A DNA stretch of 32,000 bases from Pseudoalteromonas translucida KMM 520. GTDB taxonomy: Bacteria > Pseudomonadota > Gammaproteobacteria > Enterobacterales > Alteromonadaceae. Made by a program: the position numbers and the translations under genes. Positions 10,090 through 18,887 of the stretch are shown in pieces (position 1 is the first letter of the stretch; each line of letters opens with the position of its first letter). Location: contig NZ_CP011034.1 in assembly GCF_001465295.1 (NCBI RefSeq), positions 1,530,001 to 1,562,000 on the forward strand, written 5' to 3'. The notes under the pieces are model-generated. The model was not told where the DNA came from, searched no databases, and saw only the letters and a program-made list of their open reading frames with translations.

Positions 10090-10297
10090 GTTTCTATTCT
10101 ATATATTCCCCATCAATTACTCTAAAAACACCTGTTTGTTTAAATTAAACGCAGAAATTGTTCGTTTATTCGCTTAAAACTGAAAAGTTTGTATTAAAAG
10201 CTTGTAACAATTAGTGTTTGTAGATATACCTATAAATATTCGTGCCGCTTATGTCGGCTAAACACATTTTAAAAAACTTGGTTAGAAATAGGCAACT

Positions 10298-13015
10298 ATG
10301 GGCAAATCGCTAGTAATTGTAGAGTCACCTGCTAAGGCTAAAACAATTAATAAATATTTAGGTAATGACTTCATCGTAAAGTCCAGTATTGGACATGTGC
10401 GAGATTTACCTACTTCAGGTTCTGGAAAAAACAAAGTGCCAGCGACTAAAACGCCGGCTGAAGTGCGTAAATTACCGCCTGAAGAGAAAGCAGCGTATAA
10501 AAAGCAACGAGACTATTCTAACTTAGTCGCGCGTATGGGTATTGACCCTGATAAAGGCTGGGAACCACATTACGAAATACTGCCAGGAAAAGAAAAGGTA
10601 GTACAAGAGCTTAAAAAGCTTGCCGAAAACGCTGACCAAATATACCTCGCAACGGATTTGGATAGAGAAGGGGAAGCAATTGCTTGGCACCTTCAAGAAA
10701 TTATTGGCGGTGAACCTGCAAAATATAAGCGTGTGGTTTTTAACGAAATTACAAAAAACGCAATTCAGCAAGCATTCGAAACACCCGGTGAGCTTAATAC
10801 CGATATGGTATATGCACAGCAAACACGTCGCTTTTTAGACCGTGTTGTTGGTTTTATGGTATCGCCCTTACTGTGGGCAAAAGTGGCACGTGGACTTTCG
10901 GCTGGACGCGTACAATCGGTAGCAGTGCGCTTACTCGTTGAGCGTGAACGCGAAATTAAAGCGTTTATACCTGAAGAATTTTGGGATATTCATGCTGATG
11001 TTAAAAATGCAGAGTCAGAGTTACGCTTAGAAGTAGCCAAACAAGCAGGCAAGCCATTTAAGCCTGTAAATGAAGCTCAGGCTAGCGCAGCAGTTAAAAG
11101 CCTTGAGAATGCAGAATACAAAGTTATAAGCGTTGACGAAAAACCAAGTAAAAGTCGCCCAAGTGCGCCTTTAATCACTTCAACTATGCAACAAGCAGCC
11201 AGTACACGTTTAGGCTATGGCGTTAAAAAAACCATGATGCTAGCGCAGCGCTTGTACGAAGGCGGTTACATTACCTATATGCGTACCGACTCAACTAATC
11301 TGTCAAAAGATGCGGTTGCTATGTGTCGCGAATATGTAACAGAGCAATTTGGTGAAAAATACTTACCTAAAGATCCTATTAATTATAGCTCAAAAGGCAA
11401 TGCACAAGAGGCGCATGAAGCAATTCGTCCATCAAGTGTAACTGTGCTTTCGGGGCATATTGAAGGGGTTGATGCCGATGCTAAAAAACTATATGAGCTA
11501 ATTTGGCGTCAATTTGTAGCGTGCCAAATGGTACCTGCAGAATACGACCTAACGACATTAACGGTAGCAGCGAACGACTTCCAACTAAAAGCCAAAGGCC
11601 GTGTGCTACGCTTTGATGGTTGGACTAAAGTACAGCCTGCTATTCGTAAAAAGAACGAAGAAGATCAGTCATTACCTGCAGTAACAGTAGGCGAAACATT
11701 AACGTTAATCGAGCTTGATCCTAAGCAACACTTCACTAAACCGCCAGCGCGTTTTAGCGAAGCGAGTTTAGTAAAAGAGCTTGAAAAACGCGGTATTGGC
11801 CGCCCATCTACTTATGCATCTATTATTTCTACTATTCAAGATCGTGGTTATGTACGGGTTGAAAACCGTCGTTTCTTCGCTGAAAAAATGGGTGAAATAG
11901 TTACCGACCGCTTAGTAGAAAATTTTGAAGACTTAATGAACTTTGACTTTACCGCCAAAATGGAAGGTCGTTTAGATGATATCGCCGAAGGCGAGCGCAT
12001 TTGGACTGAAGTACTCGATAAGTTTTATGCCGACTTTTCAACGCAATTAACTGTTGCGAAAGACGAGCCTGAAAATGGCGGAATGCGTCTTAATGAAATG
12101 GTCGAAACTGATATTGAATGTCCGACTTGTAGCCGTAAAATGGGTATTCGTACCGCATCTACTGGCGTGTTCTTAGGGTGTACTGGTTATAACTTGCCAC
12201 CAAAAGAGCGCTGTACAACAACGATGAACTTAGTATCGGGCGATGAAGCCGTTGCCACAGACAGTGCCGATGCAGAAGATCTTGAAACCGAAACTTTAAT
12301 GCAAATGAAACGTTGCCCAATTTGTGAAACGGCAATGGATTCATACCTAATCGACGAAACCCGTAAATTACATGTGTGTGGTAATAACCCAGCATGTAGT
12401 GGCCATGTAGTTGAGCAAGGCACGTTTAAAATTAAAGGCTATGACGGGCCACTTATTGAGTGTGATAAGTGTGGCGCTGATATGGAATTAAAATCGGGAC
12501 GTTTTGGTAAATACTTTGGTTGTAATAACGACGAATGTAAAAACACCCGTAAGTTACTTAAAAATGGCGAAGCTGCGCCGCCAAAAGAAGACCCTGTTCA
12601 CATTACCGAATTAGAATGTGAAAAGTCAGATGCGTATTTTGTTTTACGTGATGGCGCTGCAGGTATTTTCTTGGCTGCAAATACCTTCCCTAAATCGCGC
12701 GAAACACGTGCGCCTAAGGTTGAAGAGTTACAACGCTTTAGAGACCGTATTTCACCTAAGTTTTATTACTTAGCCGATGCACCAGCACAAGATCCAGATG
12801 GAAACTTAGCTGTTGTACGCTACAGCCGTAAAAATAAAGAGCAGTATGTAATGACCGAAGTCGACGGTAAAGCGACCGGTTGGACTGCGCATTATGTTGC
12901 GGGTAAGTGGGTTGAAGAAGCGAAGAAAAAAGCAGCACCCAAAAAGAAAGCAGCTGCTAAAAAAGCGCCTGCTAAAACTAAGGCTAAAGCAAAAACTAAA
13001 AAAGATGCTGAATAA
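10298..13015 (+). CDS. topA: DNA topoisomerase I (type IA) with three Cys4 zinc-ribbon motifs and an extra Lys/Ala-rich C-terminal tail
   Basis: The N-terminal Toprim region [22 protein letters not shown]...[20 protein letters not shown] and the active-site region [10 protein letters not shown] are unmistakable TopA. CxxC...C..C motifs occur three times (CPTC, CPIC, CDKC). Confidence 0.97.
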   Translation: MGKSLVIVESPAKAKTINKYLGNDFIVKSSIGHVRDLPTSGSGKNKVPATKTPAEVRKLPPEEKAAYKKQRDYSNLVARMGIDPDKGWEPHYEILPGKEKVVQELKKLAENADQIYLATDLDREGEAIAWHLQEIIGGEPAKYKRVVFNEITKNAIQQAFETPGELNTDMVYAQQTRRFLDRVVGFMVSPLLWAKVARGLSAGRVQSVAVRLLVEREREIKAFIPEEFWDIHADVKNAESELRLEVAKQAGKPFKPVNEAQASAAVKSLENAEYKVISVDEKPSKSRPSAPLITSTMQQAASTRLGYGVKKTMMLAQRLYEGGYITYMRTDSTNLSKDAVAMCREYVTEQFGEKYLPKDPINYSSKGNAQEAHEAIRPSSVTVLSGHIEGVDADAKKLYELIWRQFVACQMVPAEYDLTTLTVAANDFQLKAKGRVLRFDGWTKVQPAIRKKNEEDQSLPAVTVGETLTLIELDPKQHFTKPPARFSEASLVKELEKRGIGRPSTYASIISTIQDRGYVRVENRRFFAEKMGEIVTDRLVENFEDLMNFDFTAKMEGRLDDIAEGERIWTEVLDKFYADFSTQLTVAKDEPENGGMRLNEMVETDIECPTCSRKMGIRTASTGVFLGCTGYNLPPKERCTTTMNLVSGDEAVATDSADAEDLETETLMQMKRCPICETAMDSYLIDETRKLHVCGNNPACSGHVVEQGTFKIKGYDGPLIECDKCGADMELKSGRFGKYFGCNNDECKNTRKLLKNGEAAPPKEDPVHITELECEKSDAYFVLRDGAAGIFLAANTFPKSRETRAPKVEELQRFRDRISPKFYYLADAPAQDPDGNLAVVRYSRKNKEQYVMTEVDGKATGWTAHYVAGKWVEEAKKKAAPKKKAAAKKAPAKTKAKAKTKKDAE

Positions 13016-13060
13016 ATAATACTAATATAAGTATTTAATTTTTCTCTTTTTGAAAGCAAT

Positions 13061-13102
13061 AAAAAACCGGAATACACTTTGAGTGTCGATTCCGGTTTTT
13101 TT
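13061..13102. terminator. Bidirectional terminator between topA (+) and the small secreted-protein gene (-)
   Basis: AAAAAACCGGAAT-(ACAC..GTGT inner stem)-ATTCCGGTTTTTTT. Confidence 0.75.
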
Positions 13103-13167
13103 ATATCTAATTAAAAGTGTTCGCAACGGCTGTATTAGCAATAGACTTAATTAGACAATAAATTGAA

Positions 13168-13410
13168 TTAAATTTTTACAGCAGAGACTTTTTTGTAGCC
13201 TTCTGATACAAGCTCATCATTCACGCACTTTAATACATAGCCATAAAGCTCTTCATTGCTTACGTCGTCATCTTTAGCCCAGTTAACACACATTTCTGTG
13301 TATTCTTTAACTGTTTCAGCTGAAGCGTCCGCCGCATCTTCTGCAACCACATTAAGTGCAGACAGTGCAAATAGAGGTGCTACGATTAATGCTAGCAATG
13401 CTTTGTTCAT
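13168..13410 (-). CDS. Small secreted hypothetical protein (80 aa; mature about 56 aa, acidic, two Cys)
   Basis: Clear type I signal peptide MNKALLALIVAPLFALSALNVVA-ED. AGGA lies 9 nt upstream of the ATG, and a terminator follows downstream. No family recognised. Confidence 0.55.
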   Translation of the reverse strand: MNKALLALIVAPLFALSALNVVAEDAADASAETVKEYTEMCVNWAKDDDVSNEELYGYVLKCVNDELVSEGYKKVSAVKI

Positions 13411-13587
13411 TTGTTTATTCCTAAAAAATGTTATGACAATTGTTGTTTAAAACAAGTGTACCCAAGCCAGAACAACTCTGTTGGTATGCTGATTTTTAAT
13501 CGAATTTGAAATAAAAGATAACGAAATATTTTTATCGTCAGGATAAGTAAGTTGAGTGTTAAATTTTAATGGTAATTAGGAGCATAC

Positions 13588-13680
13588 ATGGACGAATCTT
13601 CAAGATCTAAGCTAACCAAAACAAATAAAATAGAATCGGTATTGGAGTGTTTTATAGTTGTTAGCTATAAAAAAGCCTGA
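13588..13680 (+). CDS. Candidate 30-aa small ORF (MDESSRSKLTKTNKIESVLECFIVVSYKKA)
   Basis: AGGAG at 13578-13582 is 5 nt from the ATG. The stop codon overlaps the stem of the 13674-13693 hairpin. It sits in an otherwise ORF-free 300-bp gap. There is no homology evidence. Confidence 0.25.
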   Translation: MDESSRSKLTKTNKIESVLECFIVVSYKKA

Positions 13681-13703
13681 GCGTACTCAGGCTGTTGTTT
13701 TTA
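13668..13703. terminator. Hairpin terminator downstream of the alpha-glucosidase gene (minus strand), possibly also serving the small + strand ORF
   Basis: AGCCTGAG-CGTA-CTCAGGCT. An A run on the + strand 5' side gives a T run after the stem on the minus strand, and GTTGTTTTT lies on the 3' side. Confidence 0.65.
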
Positions 13704-13716
13704 TATTAAATGACTT

Positions 13717-15357
13717 CTAGCTACATTGGGCGTAATAGCAGCTAAATCCATTCATTGTTAGCTGGTTATCACTCAAAGTAGCATTGTGATGCGAAAGCGT
13801 GTCATACGCTTTAGTTATAGCCACCGGCAAATTTAATGTTGCTTGTTGCGCACTTAAATTAAATACACATAGCATTTTTTCATTATTAAGTGTTCTATAA
13901 AATGCCAGAATGGGTTCAGCCGTTTGGATAAACTCAATATCACCTGTAATCATTACCGCTTGCGTTTTACGCCAAGCCATAAATTCACGATATGCGTTTA
14001 AAATAGAGTTTTTGTCGTCATTTTGCTCTGCTACCGATTGCGACTTATGTGCAGCATCTACAGGTAACCAAGGCTTATTTTCACTAAATCCAGCATAATC
14101 TACTTGCTCATTTTCCCAAGGAATTGGAGTTCTACAGCCATCACGTCCTTTAAAGTTAGGCCAAAATGTAATTCCGTATGGGTCTTGTAAGTCTTCAAAG
14201 GCCACGTTTGCCTCGCCCAAGCCTAGCTCTTCGCCTTGATACATACATACACTACCACGCAGTGAAGCGAGTAGGGCTGTAAGCATTTTACATTGAGCAG
14301 GGTTAATTTCGCCATTATCGCTCCAACGGCTCGCAACACGCTCTACATCATGGTTACTAAACGCCCAGCAAGGCCAGCCTTCAGTCATTTGCTGTTCAAG
14401 GGTTTGTACTGTTGTTCTAATGTATTCACTAGAGTAGTCATCAGTGAGTAATTCAAAACTGTAACCCATGTGTAGCTTATCGCCACCTTGCGTATACTGC
14501 GCCATGGTAGCGAGTGAATCTTCAGACGATATTTCACCCAATGAAACCGCACCTGGGTACTTATTAAGTAAGGCACGAATGTCTTGCATAAATTCGATGT
14601 TTTCTGGTTGGGTGTTGTTGTAATAGTGATACTGAAATGCGTACGGATTGTCTTCACTAAAACCACGGCCTTGGCGCTTATCTTTTGGTTTTGCAGGATT
14701 GTCGCGTAATTGCGCATCGTGGTAGCAAAAGTTAATTGCATCGAGCCTAAAGCCATCTACACCTTTTTTCAGCCAAAATTCCACGTTATCAAGCACCGCT
14801 TGTCTAACATCTGGATTATGAAAGTTTAAATCGGGCTGCTCGGTTAAAAAGTTATGTAAATAATACTGACCTCGGCGTGGCTCCCACTGCCATGCTGGGC
14901 CGCCAAAAATAGATAACCAATTATTAGGTGCTGTACCATCTTCTTTTGACTCAGCCCAAACATACCAATCAGACTTATCGTTAGTGGTGTTTTCGCGGCT
15001 ATCTAAAAACCATTGGTGTTGATCAGAGGTATGGCTAAGCACTTGGTCAATAATAATTTTTATATCGCGGGCATGCGCTTGTTCAATTAGCGCATCAAAA
15101 TCGTTTAAATCACCAAATATTGGGTCAATATCTCGGTAGTCGCTAATATCGTAACCAAAGTCTTTCATTGGCGATTTAAAAAATGGTGAAATCCAAATAG
15201 CATCAACGCCTAAGCTTTTAATATAATCAATGCGATTAATTATCCCCTTTAAGTCACCAATACCATCATTGTTGCTATCTTGAAAGCTACGCGGATAAAC
15301 CTGATAAATTACCGCACCTTTGTACCACTGCTGTTGGGCCATGCTTTTCTCCGTCAT
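13717..15357 (-). CDS. Cytoplasmic GH13 alpha-glucosidase / oligo-1,6-glucosidase-like enzyme
   Basis: No signal peptide. GH13 conserved regions are present: YQVYPRSFQDSNNDGIGDLKGI, DQVLSHTS, GFRLDAINF (nucleophile Asp), GEISSE (acid/base Glu) and SNHDVER. The likely true start is the second Met (15342), which is preceded by GGAGAAAAGC. Confidence 0.9.
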   Translation of the reverse strand: MTEKSMAQQQWYKGAVIYQVYPRSFQDSNNDGIGDLKGIINRIDYIKSLGVDAIWISPFFKSPMKDFGYDISDYRDIDPIFGDLNDFDALIEQAHARDIKIIIDQVLSHTSDQHQWFLDSRENTTNDKSDWYVWAESKEDGTAPNNWLSIFGGPAWQWEPRRGQYYLHNFLTEQPDLNFHNPDVRQAVLDNVEFWLKKGVDGFRLDAINFCYHDAQLRDNPAKPKDKRQGRGFSEDNPYAFQYHYYNNTQPENIEFMQDIRALLNKYPGAVSLGEISSEDSLATMAQYTQGGDKLHMGYSFELLTDDYSSEYIRTTVQTLEQQMTEGWPCWAFSNHDVERVASRWSDNGEINPAQCKMLTALLASLRGSVCMYQGEELGLGEANVAFEDLQDPYGITFWPNFKGRDGCRTPIPWENEQVDYAGFSENKPWLPVDAAHKSQSVAEQNDDKNSILNAYREFMAWRKTQAVMITGDIEFIQTAEPILAFYRTLNNEKMLCVFNLSAQQATLNLPVAITKAYDTLSHHNATLSDNQLTMNGFSCYYAQCS

Positions 15358-15420
15358 TGCACACCGTATTTCGATTACGCTAAATATGGTTTGTTAACTC
15401 ACCATATAATATTTCTAAAA

Positions 15421-15449
15421 AGCATACGTGAAGCCCGTGATTCTGTAAA
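15421..15449 (-). promoter_or_regulatory. Candidate sigma70 promoter for the alpha-glucosidase gene (TTTACA-N17-TATGCT on the minus strand)
   Basis: The reverse complement of 15421-15449 reads TTTACAGAATCACGGGCTTCACGTATGCT. The -10 overlaps a GCATACGT operator half-site, and the full palindrome lies 4 bp upstream of the -35. Confidence 0.3.
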
Positions 15450-15452
15450 AAT

Positions 15453-15470
15453 ACTGCATACGTATGCAGT
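15453..15470. promoter_or_regulatory. Perfect 18-bp palindrome ACTGCATACGTATGCAGT; candidate LacI-family operator (site 1)
   Basis: It is exactly self-complementary, with a central CG and TG..A.ACGT.T..CA symmetry typical of LacI/GalR-type operators. It lies about 100 bp upstream of the alpha-glucosidase start. Confidence 0.5.
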
Positions 15471-15868
15471 AAAATACACATTTTTTAAGTATCAAAAAAA
15501 TCACAAAAAACCAATTAAATATTTTAAATTGCCAACAAAACAACCTTACCAATTAAGTTTTTAAATTGATTTATCGGTATTTTTTTATTTTAATTTAATA
15601 TTAACAATGGCTTGAGTGTATAGCTTCAAGGTTGCTTTGGTCTTACCAATTACACACTCAAAAATAAGCGTATACAGAGCAGGGATCAGCTTAAATATGG
15701 TTATTTTTATGCAGTTTACATTTAACAACATCCGCCATTTATTGATAAATATAATTATTTAACTAAATTTATTAAGTAATTAATGCGAATTTATGAAAGT
15801 CTATTAAAAACAATCGTTTGTGCTATTGTGAGTGGCTTTTATGTTAATATATTGTCAATGTGCAAGTA

Positions 15869-15897
15869 TTGAATACGTATGCATAAAGTTGTTAATA
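15869..15897 (+). promoter_or_regulatory. Candidate sigma70 promoter for the TonB-dependent receptor gene (TTGAAT-N17-TTAATA)
   Basis: The hexamers are spaced 17 nt apart, about 90 bp upstream of the ATG. Operator site 2 overlaps the -35 and the spacer. Confidence 0.3.
15870..15883. promoter_or_regulatory. TGAATACGTATGCA; candidate LacI-family operator (site 2)
   Basis: Matches the site 1 palindrome core at 13 of 14 positions and is identical to site 3. It lies about 100 bp upstream of the TBDR start. Confidence 0.5.
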
Positions 15898-15943
15898 AAA
15901 TGAAGAGAGCGTTAACATTAATCCTGACAACAAAATTAGCTCA

Positions 15944-15970
15944 CTTTGTTTGACTATCACTCAAACAAAG
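15944..15970 (+). promoter_or_regulatory. 10-bp perfect inverted repeat (CTTTGTTTGA-N7-TCAAACAAAG) immediately 5' of the TBDR Shine-Dalgarno
   Basis: Seen directly in the sequence. It ends 1 nt before the GAGGA at 15972-15976. It could be a 5'-UTR stem-loop or a protein-binding site. Confidence 0.3.
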
Positions 15971-15983
15971 CGAGGATCACACT

Positions 15984-18791
15984 ATGGGTAACGGGAAAAA
16001 CATCATGTCTATGTTCAAACCAAGTATATTAACGTTGGCATTAACAGCTGCTGGTTTATCAAGCTTTGCTACTGCGGCCGCGCAAGAAAATACAATAAAA
16101 AAAGAAGACGTTGAAGTCATCGAAGTTAAAGGTTTTCGTGGCAGTTTAGTTGAGTCAATAAACACCAAACGTTTTTCTACACAGGTTGTAGAGTCAATTT
16201 CTGCTGAAGATATTGGTAAATTACCAGACTCATCTATTGCAGAATCTATTGCACGTTTACCGGGTTTAACCGCACAGCGTCTTGATGGCCGAGCAAGTCG
16301 TGTAAGTGTGCGTGGCTTTAGCGAAAATGAAAGTGCCACTACCTTTAATGGTCGCGAGCAAGTTTCTATTGGTGACAACCGTGGTGTTGAATTTGACCTG
16401 TACCCATCAGAAATAATGAGCGGTGTAACCGTTTATAAAACGCCTAATGCAAGTCTTGATGCAGAAGGTATTGCTGGTGTAATCGACATGCAAACCGTTA
16501 AGCCTTTAAGTAAAGGTGAGCGTGTGATCATGTTTAATGGCCAATTAGAACAAACAGGTTTTGATAAATTAAACCCAGATGGCAACGACAGTGGTTACCG
16601 CGGCACGATTTCGTACATTGACCAGTTTGCAGATGACACTATAGGTGTTGCGTTTGCCTATAATAAAATGAGTTCACCAAACCAAGAAAAACGATGGAAC
16701 TCATGGGGCTACCCTGAATTTGAAGCTGCTGGCGAGCAATATTCTATATTAGGCGGTGCAAAACCTTATGTGCGTTCATCAACACTTGAGCGTGATTCAG
16801 CAATGTTTGTACTTGAAGCCGCACCAACTGATCGTTTAAACATGACGTTTGATGCGCTTTATGTTGATTTTTCAGATGAGAAGATATTACGTGGTATAGA
16901 AGTACCTTTTGCATGGGGCCAAGGCACAATAGACGCTTCAAGCGCTGAAATAGATGAGTCATCTGGTTTTATCACCAGTGCAGTTACACAAGGGCAACGA
17001 GTTGTCGTTCGTAACGATTATGAAGAACGTAATGCTGAGCTAACGCAATTTGGTTTTAACACTAAATACGACATTAATGATTCATGGTCGTTAGAGTTTG
17101 ATGCCAGTGTATCTGAAGTAAAACGTCAAATATGGAGTATCGAAAGTTACTCTGGTACAGGGCGTGGCGATGCAAATGGCATTGCAGATAACATAGGTTA
17201 TGCCTTTGATGGTGGCAATACTGGCGCGCAATTTAGCCATGAATTAGATTACAGTGATTATGATCTTATTCAATTAGGCGGTCCATTATCTTGGGGAGCA
17301 AGTTCTGCCCTTAACGATAAATATGGTTTAACGGGCACTGCCTACGAAAATACAGCACAAGACGGCTTTATTAATGCCCCAGAAATTAACGATGAATTAC
17401 AAACATTAAAGCTTGCTGCAAGCAAAGCACTCGAAAATGAGTATTTTAGTAAAGTAAGCTTTGGTATTTCATATCGCGATCGCGAAAAAAGTAAAGTGTC
17501 TGAAGGGTATTACATGACCTTAAAAGACTTCTCGCTTGCAAATCCAGGTATGTTGGCTATTCCTGAGCAATATCGTGAAGGGTCTGCTAGCTTAGACTTT
17601 ATTGGTATGGGTAACATGGTTGCCTACGATACAAACGGCTTAGTAAACGATGGCTACTACGACCTATTACAAGAAAGCCTTACAAACCAAAAGCACAAAA
17701 CACAATCTTGGACTGTTCAAGAAGAAGTAATTGCAGTATTTGCACAGCTAGATATTAACGCAGAAATTGGCTCAATTCCGGTAACGGGTAATATTGGTGC
17801 GCGCTATGTACAAACAGATCAATCATCACAAGGCTCTGCTGCTAATACAGTTAATGGCTTAGTGGTTGTAACGCCTACCGATGTTAGCCATGACTATAGC
17901 CACTTTTTACCAAGCATAAACTTATCGTTTGCAATTGATGAAGAGCAAACAATACGTTTTGGTGCAGCAAAAACAATTTCACGCGCACGTCTTGATGAAA
18001 TGAATGCATCAATAAATGCCACTTACAGCCAAACACAACCAGACGATAACGGTAATTTTTGGAGCATTTCGGGTGGTAATCCAAAGCTTGAGCCTAAAGA
18101 AGCAACAGGCTTCGACCTAAGCTACGAAAACTACTTTGATGCAGAAGGTTACTTTGCTGCCGCATTTTTCTACAAAGACATTACGCAATGGATTTTTGAT
18201 GGTACATATGATGTAGATATGACAGGTGTTGCAGACCCATCTACAGGTGAAATTCCAGCTACGTCTACCGGCACTGGTTCGGGTAAAGTAAATGGCGGTG
18301 AAGGCGACCTTTGGGGTTATGAGCTATCTTTATCATTACCATTTAGCGTATTTCACCCAAGCCTAGAAGGTTTTGGTTTAATTGCTAGCCATACAGGCGT
18401 AGAGCAAGACCTGAGTGATCAAAATGGTAATGAATATGAGTTGCCAGGCTTATCAGACCAAATCGATAGCTTAACCTTTTATTATGAGCACAGCGGTTTT
18501 CAAGCACGTACCAGTATGCGCAAACGTAGTGACTTTAAAGGTGACGTATATGGTTTAGGCTTTGAAACCACTCAAGTTGACATCAAAGGCGAAACAATTT
18601 GGGATGCACAATTAGGTTATGACTTTAGCGAAGGCGGTTTTGATAGCTTAGCTGGCTTAAGTGTTACCTTCCAAGTGCAAAACATTACCGAAGAACCTTT
18701 TGTATCGCTGCAAGGCGATAACGACCTACAAATACGTGACTACCAAGATTATGGCCGTACATTTTTACTAGGTTTTAGCTATAAACTATAG
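15984..18791 (+). CDS. TonB-dependent outer-membrane receptor (Xanthomonas/Caulobacter-type carbohydrate TBDR; predicted maltodextrin/alpha-glucan uptake)
   Basis: GAGGA lies 8 nt upstream. It has the signal peptide ...SSFATAAA-QE, a TonB-box/plug region EDVEVIEVKGFRGSL...ISAEDIGKLPDSSIAESIARLPGLTAQR, a long beta-barrel region and the terminal FLLGFSYKL. The substrate is inferred only from the GH13 neighbours. Confidence 0.9.
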   Translation: MGNGKNIMSMFKPSILTLALTAAGLSSFATAAAQENTIKKEDVEVIEVKGFRGSLVESINTKRFSTQVVESISAEDIGKLPDSSIAESIARLPGLTAQRLDGRASRVSVRGFSENESATTFNGREQVSIGDNRGVEFDLYPSEIMSGVTVYKTPNASLDAEGIAGVIDMQTVKPLSKGERVIMFNGQLEQTGFDKLNPDGNDSGYRGTISYIDQFADDTIGVAFAYNKMSSPNQEKRWNSWGYPEFEAAGEQYSILGGAKPYVRSSTLERDSAMFVLEAAPTDRLNMTFDALYVDFSDEKILRGIEVPFAWGQGTIDASSAEIDESSGFITSAVTQGQRVVVRNDYEERNAELTQFGFNTKYDINDSWSLEFDASVSEVKRQIWSIESYSGTGRGDANGIADNIGYAFDGGNTGAQFSHELDYSDYDLIQLGGPLSWGASSALNDKYGLTGTAYENTAQDGFINAPEINDELQTLKLAASKALENEYFSKVSFGISYRDREKSKVSEGYYMTLKDFSLANPGMLAIPEQYREGSASLDFIGMGNMVAYDTNGLVNDGYYDLLQESLTNQKHKTQSWTVQEEVIAVFAQLDINAEIGSIPVTGNIGARYVQTDQSSQGSAANTVNGLVVVTPTDVSHDYSHFLPSINLSFAIDEEQTIRFGAAKTISRARLDEMNASINATYSQTQPDDNGNFWSISGGNPKLEPKEATGFDLSYENYFDAEGYFAAAFFYKDITQWIFDGTYDVDMTGVADPSTGEIPATSTGTGSGKVNGGEGDLWGYELSLSLPFSVFHPSLEGFGLIASHTGVEQDLSDQNGNEYELPGLSDQIDSLTFYYEHSGFQARTSMRKRSDFKGDVYGLGFETTQVDIKGETIWDAQLGYDFSEGGFDSLAGLSVTFQVQNITEEPFVSLQGDNDLQIRDYQDYGRTFLLGFSYKL

Positions 18792-18807
18792 TTTTCTTTA
18801 GCGTTGA

Positions 18808-18842
18808 AAGGCCCTTGTGATTTGCTTTACAAGGGCTTTTTT
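18808..18842 (+). terminator. Rho-independent terminator after the TBDR gene
   Basis: GCCCTTGT-(10-nt loop)-ACAAGGGC followed by TTTTTT. Confidence 0.8.
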
Positions 18843-18887
18843 ATATCACATTCAATACTGGTTTACTCAACCATGGTGAAAAAGTAA

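Noticed and set aside
10523-13077. Short ORFs on both strands inside and just after topA (10523..10822, 10620..10838, 12159..12423, 12756..12938, 12892..13077).
   Set aside because: They are embedded in or antisense to the unmistakable topA frame. The last one is the antisense of the Lys/Ala-rich tail.
13168-13410. Small gene next to topA as a YciN homologue, as expected from E. coli synteny.
   Set aside because: It has an obvious cleavable signal peptide and shows no resemblance to YciN as I remember it. It is kept as a hypothetical secreted protein.
15611-15660. Inverted repeat TTGAGTGT...ACACTCAA in the long divergent intergenic region, considered as an sRNA terminator.
   Set aside because: It has an 8-bp stem with a loop of about 30 nt and no T run on either strand. 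That is too weak to call.
15280-16378. ORFs 15280..15564 (+) and 15977..16378 (-) spanning the divergent control region.
   Set aside because: Both overlap the starts of strongly supported genes on the opposite strand. Their translations look like AT-rich junk or antisense, and they have no Shine-Dalgarno.
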